From assembly GCA_016930795.1 (NCBI GenBank), contig JAFGFY010000093.1, forward strand, positions 6,306 through 70,305: a stretch of 64,000 nucleotides of DNA, in the 5' to 3' direction. Of the stretch, positions 36,756-45,729 are shown piece by piece. Each line of letters starts with the position of its first letter. Positions within the stretch are counted from its first letter, which is position 1. The position numbers and the translations under genes were made by a program. The notes under the pieces were generated by a model. That model did no database searches. It saw only the letters and a list, made by a program, of their open reading frames with translations, and had not been told where the DNA came from. Source of the DNA: Deltaproteobacteria bacterium (GTDB taxonomy: Bacteria > Desulfobacterota > DSM-4660 > Desulfatiglandales > HGW-15).

Positions 36756-36807
36756 AACCCCAATTCATGATCCTTGCATAGGGAAATGAGTTGGGGTTTT
36801 TATTTTT
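36756..36807 (+). terminator. Rho-independent terminator after cooS
   Basis: The stem pairs AACCCCAATTCAT with ATGAGTTGGGGTT (one mismatch) and is followed by TTTTATTTTT. Confidence 0.8.
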
Positions 36808-36825
36808 GGAGCATCTCGAGAAGTT

Positions 36826-38349
36826 ATGACCATCTCCGCTTCCGAGTATCATCGTCACACGAGTTACCATCGGGATAAGATGACAGCCCATCACCTTGAC
36901 TGGAGAAACCAGCCCAATGTGTTCAAGGACTACCCCGGGCTTTCTCCTATTGTCCTGCCATCCAACCTGCCCCTTCCGGAAGAAAAGCTCTCTTCAATCC
37001 TGGGAATAAGAGACGCGCGAGGTAGGCTCGAGCAAGTAGACTCAGAAACCTTTTCACTCATCCTTCGTCTCGCCTCCACCATCACTGCGAAGGCTTTTCA
37101 TGCAGATGTTGACCATTTTTTCCGCAGTGCCGCCTCAGCCGGCGCGCTCTACCCTACTGAAATCTATGTGACGACCCACTCCGTGACCGGTCTGGATGAC
37201 GGTCTCTATCATTTTGCCGTACACCGACATGGGCTTTATACTTTGCGAACCGGAGATCTCTCCGGTTACATTATCCGAACAACCCAAACGTCGAAAAACA
37301 AGCGCCCAGCTCTAACCTTTTTTCTCACCGCCATATTCTTCAGGAGCGTCTGGAAATACCGTGACCGTGCGTACCGATATCATCTCCTTGACACAGGCCA
37401 TGTTATGGGGAACCTGGTTATGGGCCTTAATGCTCTCAGGCTTTCTCACTCTCTGTCCTATGATTTTGATGATCAAAGGGTGAATCATCTATTAGGGCTG
37501 GATGAGACCAAGGAGGTCTGTCTGGCCGTGACCCATGCATACACAGATCATGCTGTTTCCGTTTCAGTGGATCAGAAATTAGATTCACTCCATGATGCGA
37601 TAAGTTCGGCAAGCCAAGTCTCAGCCAGAGAAATCGATTGCCCGATCATACGCGAATTTCATCAGTCAGATGCCTCAAAGACCCTGCGAGCAACACCTGG
37701 TCCTGAAACACTCCAAGGGCTGGGAGTAGCCCCGGAAATCTGGAAAAAGACGGCTGCTCCGACTAATTGGCCGGAGGTCATGAACTATTCGGCGGCCCTC
37801 TACCATCGCCGATCCAAACGAAACTTCCTAAAAAAAGCCATAAGCCAAGACTCCCACGCGGCTTTGATTTCTTCTATCTTAATGGAGAAGTCCCCACTTT
37901 CCGTTGCGTCCGCGAAATACGATCGCTCTCTCTTCATGGGATTTCTCGCCGATGATGTGGAAGGCATGGAACCGGGTTTTTATCTCCTGGACTTTGCGAA
38001 TAAATCCATTGGTCTCGTCAAACGAGGTTTTTTTATTGAGAGAATGGCCCATGTCTGCCTCGATCAAATGTGGCTCAAGAACGCTGCCGTTCATTTTCTC
38101 TTCCTTGCAAACACGGAATATTTGGATCACATTTGGGGCGCCAGGGGATATCGGTACGCTATGCTCAGAGCAGGGCAATTGGGGCAAAGTCTGTATGTCA
38201 GTGCCGCGGCCATGGGTTTAGGCTGTTGCGGGATTGGAGCATTTTATGATGAGGAAGCCGCGAAGCTCCTTGGTCTCAACGACACATCGTCCCTTCTTTA
38301 TCTGGTGGCTATAGGCCCGGTCAAATCAACCCCATCCTCAAAGGGCTGA
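36826..38349 (+). CDS. SagB/ThcOx-type tandem nitroreductase-fold dehydrogenase
   Basis: A 507-aa protein with two nitroreductase-like halves. It has the N-terminal SEYHRHTSYHRDKM...WRNQPNVFKDYPG hallmark. Confidence 0.8.
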   Translation: MTISASEYHRHTSYHRDKMTAHHLDWRNQPNVFKDYPGLSPIVLPSNLPLPEEKLSSILGIRDARGRLEQVDSETFSLILRLASTITAKAFHADVDHFFRSAASAGALYPTEIYVTTHSVTGLDDGLYHFAVHRHGLYTLRTGDLSGYIIRTTQTSKNKRPALTFFLTAIFFRSVWKYRDRAYRYHLLDTGHVMGNLVMGLNALRLSHSLSYDFDDQRVNHLLGLDETKEVCLAVTHAYTDHAVSVSVDQKLDSLHDAISSASQVSAREIDCPIIREFHQSDASKTLRATPGPETLQGLGVAPEIWKKTAAPTNWPEVMNYSAALYHRRSKRNFLKKAISQDSHAALISSILMEKSPLSVASAKYDRSLFMGFLADDVEGMEPGFYLLDFANKSIGLVKRGFFIERMAHVCLDQMWLKNAAVHFLFLANTEYLDHIWGARGYRYAMLRAGQLGQSLYVSAAAMGLGCCGIGAFYDEEAAKLLGLNDTSSLLYLVAIGPVKSTPSSKG

Positions 38350-39156
38350 TCCCTTCCCAGCCTTCTTCATCTCATCTTCCGTTACCAGAAAAACACAGGG
38401 TTTTCCGGAAAGGGGATTCTCTTTGACCACAACCACCGTCTTATAGACCTCTTCAATATTCTGATATGTAATCACCTCTTCCGGCCTCCCTTTCTTGGCG
38501 ATGGAACCGTTGTGGAGAAGGATCATTCTCGTGCAGTATTCACTGGCAAGGTTCAGATCATGGAGCACCATAAGCACGGTCAGACCCAATTCCCGATTCA
38601 ACCGGACGATGAGTTCGAGGATCTGCACTTGATGGGCAATGTCCAGAAAGGAGGTGGGTTCATCGAGCAGGATGATTTTGGGTTCCTGAGCCAAAGCCCT
38701 GGCAATATAAACCCTCTGCCTTTCTCCTCCTGAAAGTTCATGAATGGACCTCCCTGCCAGTTCGAGGGTATGTGTCGCCCTTAACGCTTCAAGGGCAACC
38801 TCCATATCCTTTTTCCCCTCAAACTGCAGGCGCTTGAGATGAGGGAAACGGCCCATGAGTACGACTTCAAGGGCTGAAAAAGAGAATCTAAAGTAATTCT
38901 CCTGAGACACCATGGCAATCTCTCTCGCCACGTGAGTTCTCTTGAGTCCGCCTAACGGGATCCCTTTGATTAGAATGTCTCCTTCCTGTGGTCTCAGGAT
39001 CCCATCCAGGATTTTGAGCAGTGTACTCTTTCCCGATCCGTTCGGCCCCAGTATCCCCAGTATTTCTCCAGGACTGACCTGAAGATCAATCCCTTTAAGG
39101 GCCTCTATCTCTCCATACTTGAATCCCACATTTCTCAGTGTCAGGATCGGCTCCAT
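38338..39156 (-). CDS. ABC ATPase of Fe-siderophore/cobalamin (FecE/BtuD) type
   Basis: GPNGSGKSTLLK, LSGGERQRVYIARAL, ILLDEPTSFLD. Confidence 0.93.
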   Translation of the reverse strand: MEPILTLRNVGFKYGEIEALKGIDLQVSPGEILGILGPNGSGKSTLLKILDGILRPQEGDILIKGIPLGGLKRTHVAREIAMVSQENYFRFSFSALEVVLMGRFPHLKRLQFEGKKDMEVALEALRATHTLELAGRSIHELSGGERQRVYIARALAQEPKIILLDEPTSFLDIAHQVQILELIVRLNRELGLTVLMVLHDLNLASEYCTRMILLHNGSIAKKGRPEEVITYQNIEEVYKTVVVVKENPLSGKPCVFLVTEDEMKKAGKGSAL

Positions 39157-40172
39157 TGGCTTCCTTTCCTTCGGAGAAGACAGATGAAAAAGGGGGCCCC
39201 CAGAAAGGCGGTAATGACCCCTACCGGCAGCTCATTGGGTGAAATGATAGTCCTGGCCAGCGTATCGGCAGCAATTAGAAAAGAAGCACCTCCGAGGGAA
39301 GCCATCGGAAACAGAAGCCGATGATCTGAGCCAAAGGCCATTCTGGCCAAATGGGGGACCATGAGCCCTACGAAACCGATGAGTCCTGAAAAAGCGACAA
39401 CAAGTCCGATAATGAGCGAAACAAGAAGCAGGCAGATCCTCTTGATTGTTTCAACCTCCACGCCGAGCTGGAGGGCTGTTTCATCTCCCGCTGTCATAAT
39501 GTTCAGATGCCGGCTGAAGCTATAGAGAAAAATGGAGGCAACGATCAGGATCGGAGCAACAAAGACAAGTTGGCTATACCGGCTTTGCGAAAGGTCTCCA
39601 TAAAGCCAATAAAGCATGGAGTGAAGTGTAGAGTCGGTTGCGATGGAAATAAAGAACATAATGATCGCCCCAAAGAAGGCATTGATCACCACACCTGTGA
39701 GGAGGATGGTGGAAGATTCCATGCCCATTTTTCTCGCGCCTATGGTCATAAGCAAATAGATGGTCAGCAAAGCACCCACAAAAGACATGACGGGAATACC
39801 CAGACTGAAACTAAGGCCGAAGACGATACCCAATACCGCGCCAAAGGCCGACCCACTTGAGACGCCGAGAATGAAGGGGTCTGCCAGGGGATTACGCAGT
39901 ATGGCTTGAAAGACAACACCGCCCAATGAGAGAGAAAAACCTACAAAACCGGCCAGGATTATTCTGGGGAGTCTGATTTGGAAGATGATAAGCCTCGCGG
40001 AATCGTCCACTGGAAGGTTCCTGGAAAAGAGGCCCATAATCTGGGATGGAGAGATCTCGGCAGTACCGAGCAGCAGCGAAAACGCAGCGACCAGCAAGAG
40101 AACGGCGCACATCGTTAGACTGAAAAACAGCACCCTGGAATAGGTTAAAGGATTTTTTATTGTTGGATTCAT
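39141..40172 (-). CDS. FecCD/BtuC-family ABC permease
   Basis: A 343-aa polytopic protein of typical FecCD family length. Its end overlaps the ATPase start. Confidence 0.92.
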   Translation of the reverse strand: MNPTIKNPLTYSRVLFFSLTMCAVLLLVAAFSLLLGTAEISPSQIMGLFSRNLPVDDSARLIIFQIRLPRIILAGFVGFSLSLGGVVFQAILRNPLADPFILGVSSGSAFGAVLGIVFGLSFSLGIPVMSFVGALLTIYLLMTIGARKMGMESSTILLTGVVINAFFGAIIMFFISIATDSTLHSMLYWLYGDLSQSRYSQLVFVAPILIVASIFLYSFSRHLNIMTAGDETALQLGVEVETIKRICLLLVSLIIGLVVAFSGLIGFVGLMVPHLARMAFGSDHRLLFPMASLGGASFLIAADTLARTIISPNELPVGVITAFLGAPFFICLLRRKGSQWSRS

Positions 40173-40263
40173 AAGCAGTGTTTAAACGGCAAAAGGTACA
40201 GGGCTCAAGGCGCACGGCACACAAAGAAACAGACGAATTAGTCCTTGAGCCTTGCGCCCTTTT

Positions 40264-41235
40264 TTACTCCCACCCCGCTTCAGGGTGTAACAACCTTGCA
40301 ATCATCTCAAAACCTTCAACAATGCGTGGTGAAGGCCGGTCAACGAAATCTGAATCGATCAAATGCACCCGTTTGTTCTTGACCGCCGGGATGGTCGTCC
40401 ATCTCTGCCACTCCCGTTTCGCCTCTTGAAACTGCCCTCCCCTATCCATAGAGGATATGATGATGACCTCAGGCCTCTTGCGAATCACTTCCTCCAGGCT
40501 GATTCTGGGATAGGTGACGGGCTGATCTTTTGCGATGTTCTCCCCACCGGCCAGTTGAATCAAATCATGAAGATAGGTGTTTTTATTCACGGTCATGATG
40601 GGTTTCAAATTGATCTGCAGAAAGACAAGGGGCTTCTTCCTTCCCCTGGTCTTCGCAATAATATCATCCACACGATTGGAAAGCTGCAAAGACAAAGCAG
40701 CCCCTTTGTCAGAAACCCCACACACGCGACCCACAGTGGCCACGGTCTCTACGGCCTGCCTCACATTTCGCGGATTGACAATGAATACCGCTATCCCGGC
40801 CTCTTCCATAAGGAAGACCTTCTCGGCTTCGTTTCCATCCATTGTGCCGATGACCAGGTCAGGAGACAGAGTGAGGATCTTTTCCACATTCACATCCACG
40901 TAGCTTCCCACTTTCGGCTTAAGGTTGGCTTCAGGCGGATAATAGCTGAATTGGGTTACGCCTACCACACAATCGCCGAGCCCAAGATAATACAGGGTTT
41001 CAGTTATGCTTGGGGCAAGAGAAACGATTCTTTGGGGTTGCCCTTCAAGGTTGATTTTTCGCCCCAGAGCATCTTCGAACTCCGCGCATAGACCGCACTG
41101 GACCCAGCCCAGAATAGTGATTATGAACAAAGAAATAAATGTGGATATCAAGCGCATATCATTATAGAGGAATCGAGGATTCAAGGATTCGCGGGGGCAA
41201 GGGTCTATTTTAATCGTTATCTCGTTCATATTCAT
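40264..41235 (-). CDS. Periplasmic cobalamin/siderophore-binding protein (BtuF-like)
   Basis: RIVSLAPSITETLYYLGLGDCVVGVT is typical. The true start may be ATG 41157 (MRLISTFISLFIITILG...), because codons 10-25 run through a GAATCC-rich repeat. Confidence 0.85.
   Translation of the reverse strand: MNMNEITIKIDPCPRESLNPRFLYNDMRLISTFISLFIITILGWVQCGLCAEFEDALGRKINLEGQPQRIVSLAPSITETLYYLGLGDCVVGVTQFSYYPPEANLKPKVGSYVDVNVEKILTLSPDLVIGTMDGNEAEKVFLMEEAGIAVFIVNPRNVRQAVETVATVGRVCGVSDKGAALSLQLSNRVDDIIAKTRGRKKPLVFLQINLKPIMTVNKNTYLHDLIQLAGGENIAKDQPVTYPRISLEEVIRKRPEVIIISSMDRGGQFQEAKREWQRWTTIPAVKNKRVHLIDSDFVDRPSPRIVEGFEMIARLLHPEAGWE
41171..41197. repeat. GGATTC-rich repeat, copy A
   Basis: AATCGAGGATTCAAGGATTCGCGGGGG. 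The 10-mer CAAGGATTCG recurs in inverted orientation at 42810-42819. Confidence 0.4.
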
Positions 41236-41236
41236 C

Positions 41237-42742
41237 TCAACTATTCAATACAATGGATAAAATCATCTCCACATCACAGTGGGTTTCAAAGTGATCCGCC
41301 AGGCGATCATACTGATGATCTTTTGTCACCCTCCCCTGCTTCGGTCTTTTGGTTTTGAGACCCTTGCTTTTCCTCATGCTGTTAAGGAAATCCACTCTGA
41401 AATCCGGCAAATCAAATAGACCATGAAGATAGGTCCCGGAAATTAGACCTTCCTTCAGTGTCCAGCCATCCTGCCAGCTCCCCTTTTCTCCTTGCTTGCC
41501 AATTCTCAGGAAAGGCTCCCCAACGTCTTTCTGAATGCTGCTCTTGCCCATGTGGATCTCATAGCCCTTAATCCGTTTTCCGTTTACCAAACAGGTCCCA
41601 ACGACTTTGCGTACGACCTTTTCTTTTTCCAGGGTCGTTATGACCGGAAGGAGATTTAGGCCTAAGACCTCTTTTCGGTTTGATTCCACGCCGTATGGAT
41701 CCTTGATCTTCTTTCCCATGAGCTGGTAACCGCCGCATATGCCTAGAACCCTTTTGCCTTGCCTTAAGAATCGTTCTATGGCCTTTCTCCAACCCATTCT
41801 GGACAGCCAAACAGCGTCTTCCATCGCGTTCTTCGTGCCGGGAATGATGATACAGTCATAATCATCGCTGAGTTCTTTCGGTCTGATAATATAGTTGACG
41901 ATGAGGTCCTTCTCCTGCTCAAGAATCTCAAGATCCGTAAAATTGGATATGGCCGGGAGTCTGAGTACGGCAATGTTTACGGTCTTTAGTCCTATGGGCC
42001 TGAGAGGTCTCTTATCCTCCTGGACCGAAACTGAGTCTTCGGAATCGATTCGAATGTCATGGAAGAAGGGCACCAGACCTAAGACGGGTTTTCCCGTCTT
42101 CTTCTCTATGTATTCAATTCCATCGGAGAAAAGACGGGGATCACCACGGAACTTATTGATCAAAAATCCTATGGTCAGTCCCTTTTCCTTTCTTGTCATC
42201 AGATTATAGGTCCCGATGATCTGTGCAAATACCCCGCCTTTGTCAATATCCGCCACCAAAACACACGGCGTATTAAACTGCTTAGCCAGCTCAAGATTAA
42301 CGAGATCGTTCTCTTTGAGATTCATCTCACAGCAGCTTCCGGCCCCTTCCATGATAATAATATCATAATCCGTGACCAGTTGGTGATAGGATGCCGTCAC
42401 GGCCTTTTTCAGCCTCGGTTTGATGGCATAGTAATCCACAGCATCCATCTCTCCAAAGACTTTCCCATGCAGAACAATCTGGGAACCCATTCCCGTCGAG
42501 GGTTTCAAGAGGATGGGGTTCATATGCACCGACGGCGGCACACCGGCCGCTTCTGCCTGGGCCGCCTGAGCCCGTCCGATCTCACCCCCTTCCATGGTGA
42601 CATAGGAGTTGTTAGACATATTCTGGGCCTTAAAAGGAGTCACTTTGTAACCCCTCCTCTTGAGTAACCGGCAAAAGGCCGTGACGGCAATAGATTTGCC
42701 TACATCGCTCCCGGTTCCCAGAAACATGACTGACTTAGCCAA
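41237..42742 (-). CDS. cobQ: Cobyric acid synthase
   Basis: MFLGTGSDVGKSIAVTAFCR at the N-terminus. The C-terminal glutamine amidotransferase part carries GICGGYQLMG and YEIHMGK. TTG start after AAGGGAG. Confidence 0.92.
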   Translation of the reverse strand: MAKSVMFLGTGSDVGKSIAVTAFCRLLKRRGYKVTPFKAQNMSNNSYVTMEGGEIGRAQAAQAEAAGVPPSVHMNPILLKPSTGMGSQIVLHGKVFGEMDAVDYYAIKPRLKKAVTASYHQLVTDYDIIIMEGAGSCCEMNLKENDLVNLELAKQFNTPCVLVADIDKGGVFAQIIGTYNLMTRKEKGLTIGFLINKFRGDPRLFSDGIEYIEKKTGKPVLGLVPFFHDIRIDSEDSVSVQEDKRPLRPIGLKTVNIAVLRLPAISNFTDLEILEQEKDLIVNYIIRPKELSDDYDCIIIPGTKNAMEDAVWLSRMGWRKAIERFLRQGKRVLGICGGYQLMGKKIKDPYGVESNRKEVLGLNLLPVITTLEKEKVVRKVVGTCLVNGKRIKGYEIHMGKSSIQKDVGEPFLRIGKQGEKGSWQDGWTLKEGLISGTYLHGLFDLPDFRVDFLNSMRKSKGLKTKRPKQGRVTKDHQYDRLADHFETHCDVEMILSIVLNS

Positions 42743-42800
42743 TAAAGTGCTCCCTTTTCATATGTTATTTAGAAGGGTTCTTCACCCAATCTGATCACAC

Positions 42801-42840
42801 TCGATCCCTCGAATCCTTGGATCCTTAAATCAAGAATCCC
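42801..42840. repeat. GGATTC-rich repeat, copy B (inverted relative to copy A)
   Basis: TCGATCCCTCGAATCCTTGGATCCTTAAATCAAGAATCCC, in the TonB-receptor/cobQ spacer. Confidence 0.4.
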
Positions 42841-42903
42841 ATTCGAGCTCAAGTTAATAGGCCTTCGAGAATATCCACTTCGCTCCGAGATGATCCCTCA
42901 AAT

Positions 42904-44952
42904 TCAATACTCATACGAGACACTGAAAAACAGAGACCTCTCAGCCCCGGGAAAGCCGGACATCGCGGATGCGCCTGTCGAGTCGTAAAATGAGGCATAA
43001 TATGTATCGTACTCCTCGTCAAAGAGGTTGTTACACCGCAAAGAAATAATCCAATGATCATAGACACGTTGTTCGATCTTCACGTCTGTGGTCCAGTAGT
43101 CATTCAGAACCCGGCCGGGATTGACATCCCCGTCACCGGCGTAATAACCCGGCCTGTCGCCGATATAACGAATCGTCGCGATTGCAGTGAATCCGAAATC
43201 CGTCCAATATCTCACGTCCCCTTTAAACTGTGAGCCGGGAGTGTACAGGGCCTGGCGTTTGACGCCACCCTCCAAGTCTTCTTCCGCGTCTGTTTTTGTA
43301 TAGGAAAGAGACAGAACCGCATTATGAAACGGCCTGATCTTTGCGCCCAATTCCCACCCATCGGCCTCGTATCTATCCAGATTCTGTGGTCTGTAAAAAA
43401 AACTTTCGTTTGGAACCCACCGAATTTTTTCATTGATGTCCCAGTCAAAATACGTGAGGGTGACAAAAACCCGATTATCGAGAAGCGTTTGTTCAAAGGT
43501 CGCGTCGGTATGATACCCTATTTCAGGCCTTAAATCCTGATTCCCCTCAGCTCCCATTCCCCAACCCCAATCTTCATAAGGATAAAAAAGATCATTGAGC
43601 GTTGGGGCATTGAAGTGTTTTCCTCTGCTAAACTTAAAGACCGTATTCTCAGATGGATTGATGGTAAAGCCTAACCGAGAAACCGTTTTAGAGCCAAAGG
43701 TCGAATGATCTTCACGCCTGATTCCGGCCAGAATCCTGAAATAGGCACATGGCCGATACTTGGCCTCCCCATACAGGCCATTTGTATCGAGTTGCGCGCG
43801 GGTCCGTTCTCTCATTCCGGCGTATTCAATACCAGATCCGTCCAGATCCACACTCTCATTTTCCCAGTCATAATCCCCGTAATCCGCCCCCACCAAAAGG
43901 CTCAGATCTTCAAAGGGCTTGAAATCCATATTACCTTCGATAGTGGAGACTTCATTCGTTGTCCAGCTTTTACTGCCGGGCATATCTCCAGTATAAGAGC
44001 TATAATAGCGTGTCAGATTATATGACTCCATGTTTGCGTAATCGGCCCTCAGATTCAGAGAGATTTTATCCGATGGATTCCCTTTGATTTCAAGCGCGAG
44101 GTGGGCGTCCTCATCAGCGCCCCTGTCAAGCATACTGGCCGCGTCACGACTATAGACCTGCTCATCATTGACATCGAAATCCTCTGTACCTGAAGGAGGC
44201 TTCACACCAGGTCTACCGTATTCCCTGTCAATATAATCGCCGTAAAGGCTAACATCCAAGGCGTCTGATTTCTCGTATACAATTTTTAGTGAGACATCCG
44301 TATGTGTAAGATCGCTGTTATCCCGGAATCCGTCTGTTTCCCGGTGGGTTGCTGTCAAGTAATAGCCAAATTCATCGGAGAAAAACATACCATGCTCGGC
44401 TGATACTTGGTAAGTCTCCTCAGACCCCAAACCTACGTCCGCCCGAAGGTCAAGTTTGTCGTGCTCAGGCCTTTTCGTGATGATACTGACCATTCCGCCC
44501 ATGGCGCCTGTCCCATAAAGGAGAGAACCCGAACCCTTGACCACCTCGATACGCTCAATATTGTTGAGGGGGATTCGCGCCACATCCGCTTGACCCAGAG
44601 ATGGGGAATTGACGTTGACTCCGTTGACAAATACTTGGGAACCATCCGCGCCCATCCCTCTAATATGAATGGCTTCAGAAGCTCCTCCAAAGCCTCCATA
44701 GGTCCTCCAATCTATTCCAAGCTCATTCCCTAAAAGCTCACCCAGACTCTCTGCCGCAGATTCCTCAATCTCCTTTTCACCCATGAGAATCACTGCGTTT
44801 GGGATATCCGCCCGTTGTTCCTCCGTCTTGGTGGCGGTGACGACTGTATCCTCCAAAATAAACACACCATCTTCCCAACCCGCCTCACTCGCTGAACCAA
44901 CCACTGGCCATAGCAAAGTCCCAATCGCTACGCATAGCAACCATTTCTTCAT
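42904..44952 (-). CDS. TonB-dependent outer-membrane receptor (BtuB-like by context)
   Basis: Signal peptide, TonB box EDTVVTATK, plug and 22-strand-size barrel, and terminal FFSVSYEY. A B12 riboswitch lies upstream. Confidence 0.92.
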   Translation of the reverse strand: MKKWLLCVAIGTLLWPVVGSASEAGWEDGVFILEDTVVTATKTEEQRADIPNAVILMGEKEIEESAAESLGELLGNELGIDWRTYGGFGGASEAIHIRGMGADGSQVFVNGVNVNSPSLGQADVARIPLNNIERIEVVKGSGSLLYGTGAMGGMVSIITKRPEHDKLDLRADVGLGSEETYQVSAEHGMFFSDEFGYYLTATHRETDGFRDNSDLTHTDVSLKIVYEKSDALDVSLYGDYIDREYGRPGVKPPSGTEDFDVNDEQVYSRDAASMLDRGADEDAHLALEIKGNPSDKISLNLRADYANMESYNLTRYYSSYTGDMPGSKSWTTNEVSTIEGNMDFKPFEDLSLLVGADYGDYDWENESVDLDGSGIEYAGMRERTRAQLDTNGLYGEAKYRPCAYFRILAGIRREDHSTFGSKTVSRLGFTINPSENTVFKFSRGKHFNAPTLNDLFYPYEDWGWGMGAEGNQDLRPEIGYHTDATFEQTLLDNRVFVTLTYFDWDINEKIRWVPNESFFYRPQNLDRYEADGWELGAKIRPFHNAVLSLSYTKTDAEEDLEGGVKRQALYTPGSQFKGDVRYWTDFGFTAIATIRYIGDRPGYYAGDGDVNPGRVLNDYWTTDVKIEQRVYDHWIISLRCNNLFDEEYDTYYASFYDSTGASAMSGFPGAERSLFFSVSYEY

Positions 44953-45004
44953 TTCTTCCGTACCCTCCTTTAAATTTGTTTTAAACCACTTGGAGGTCCG
45001 GGCC

Positions 45005-45049
45005 TAGAAAACACAAATCCCGGACCGATTCTAAAAATCGATCCGGGAT
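45005..45049 (-). terminator. Riboswitch expression-platform terminator
   Basis: The minus strand reads ATCCCGGATCGATT-TTTAG-AATCGGTCCGGGAT followed by TTGTGTTTTCT. It lies between the aptamer and the RBS AAGGAGGG of the receptor gene. Confidence 0.65.
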
Positions 45050-45107
45050 GTCCCTTTTCTATCCTCAAGATCTATCAGGCAACCTCGGTCCACGAAGGTT
45101 GTACCTT

Positions 45108-45360
45108 GTATTCAGGCAGGTCTTCTGACTCCCCTGCCCTTTTAGCGGCCTTCCCATTCCAAAGGAACAGTGGCACACAGAGGCTAAAAGGGTTCCCTTC
45201 AACCTATTCCAACCATTCAAGCCCTCGATTCTATTTGGGCTATTTGGCCTGACATGGATTGAAGGGCAGGGTCACAGCGGCGGGCCCGTCCCCGATTTTA
45301 CGGGGTTCCCTATTCGGGCTCGCTCAATTGAACAAGCCCTACGCTCCTAAGGAGCACCTG
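45108..45360 (-). promoter_or_regulatory. Cobalamin (B12) riboswitch aptamer
   Basis: The minus strand contains AATAGGGAACCCCGTAAAATCGGGGACGGGCCCGCCGCTGTGA, then TGCCACTG...GGGAAGGCCG, and the B12 box AGTCAGAAGACCTGCC (plus coordinates 45115-45130). Confidence 0.85.
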
Positions 45361-45467
45361 AGTCAGTCATTGTCTACGTCAAGACCGGAATAAAGTCAAG
45401 CAGAAAAAAACGGTCTGCATAATGATGAGCATGAGAATCAAATACCAGAAACTCCATTGTAGTGCCT

Positions 45468-45546
45468 TCATTCTCTCGAAGACGGGAATCCAGGCTTTTC
45501 GATAGATTACTGGATTCCGGCTTTCTGTTCCGCTCGTCCGGAATGA
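45468..45546. repeat. Degenerate REP-like palindromic element (GGAATCCAG / CTGGATTCC)
   Basis: TCATTC...GGAATCCAG (45485-45493), a 16-nt loop, CTGGATTCC (45510-45518), then ...GAATGA. It resembles the widespread repeat that gives spurious 'RRRESRLF..LDSGF' ORFs. Confidence 0.55.
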
Positions 45547-45729
45547 CATATTCATTTGTCGAATTAATGGGAATTCACTTCTTGGTGTTAGGTCCTATTT
45601 ATAAAGAGGAATACATGCTATTCAGAAAACATAGTGACAGCGACAAATGATTTATTGTATGTAACTCCGGTGGATCCGGCTCATGCGCGTGCAATGATAT
45701 GATGGCGTGTTTTAGATAGACGTTAAGGA

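Noticed and set aside
36826-38349. The SagB-type dehydrogenase could mark a thiazole/oxazole (TOMM) RiPP cluster.
   Set aside because: No YcaO/cyclodehydratase, precursor peptide or exporter lies nearby. The gene sits alone between a terminator and a convergent ABC gene. Tandem nitroreductase-fold SagB-like proteins are common outside RiPP clusters.
45462-45650. A 62-aa ORF (MPSFSRRRESRLFDRLLDSGF…).
   Set aside because: It is generated by the palindromic REP-like repeat. It has no RBS, and this is the typical spurious translation of that repeat family.
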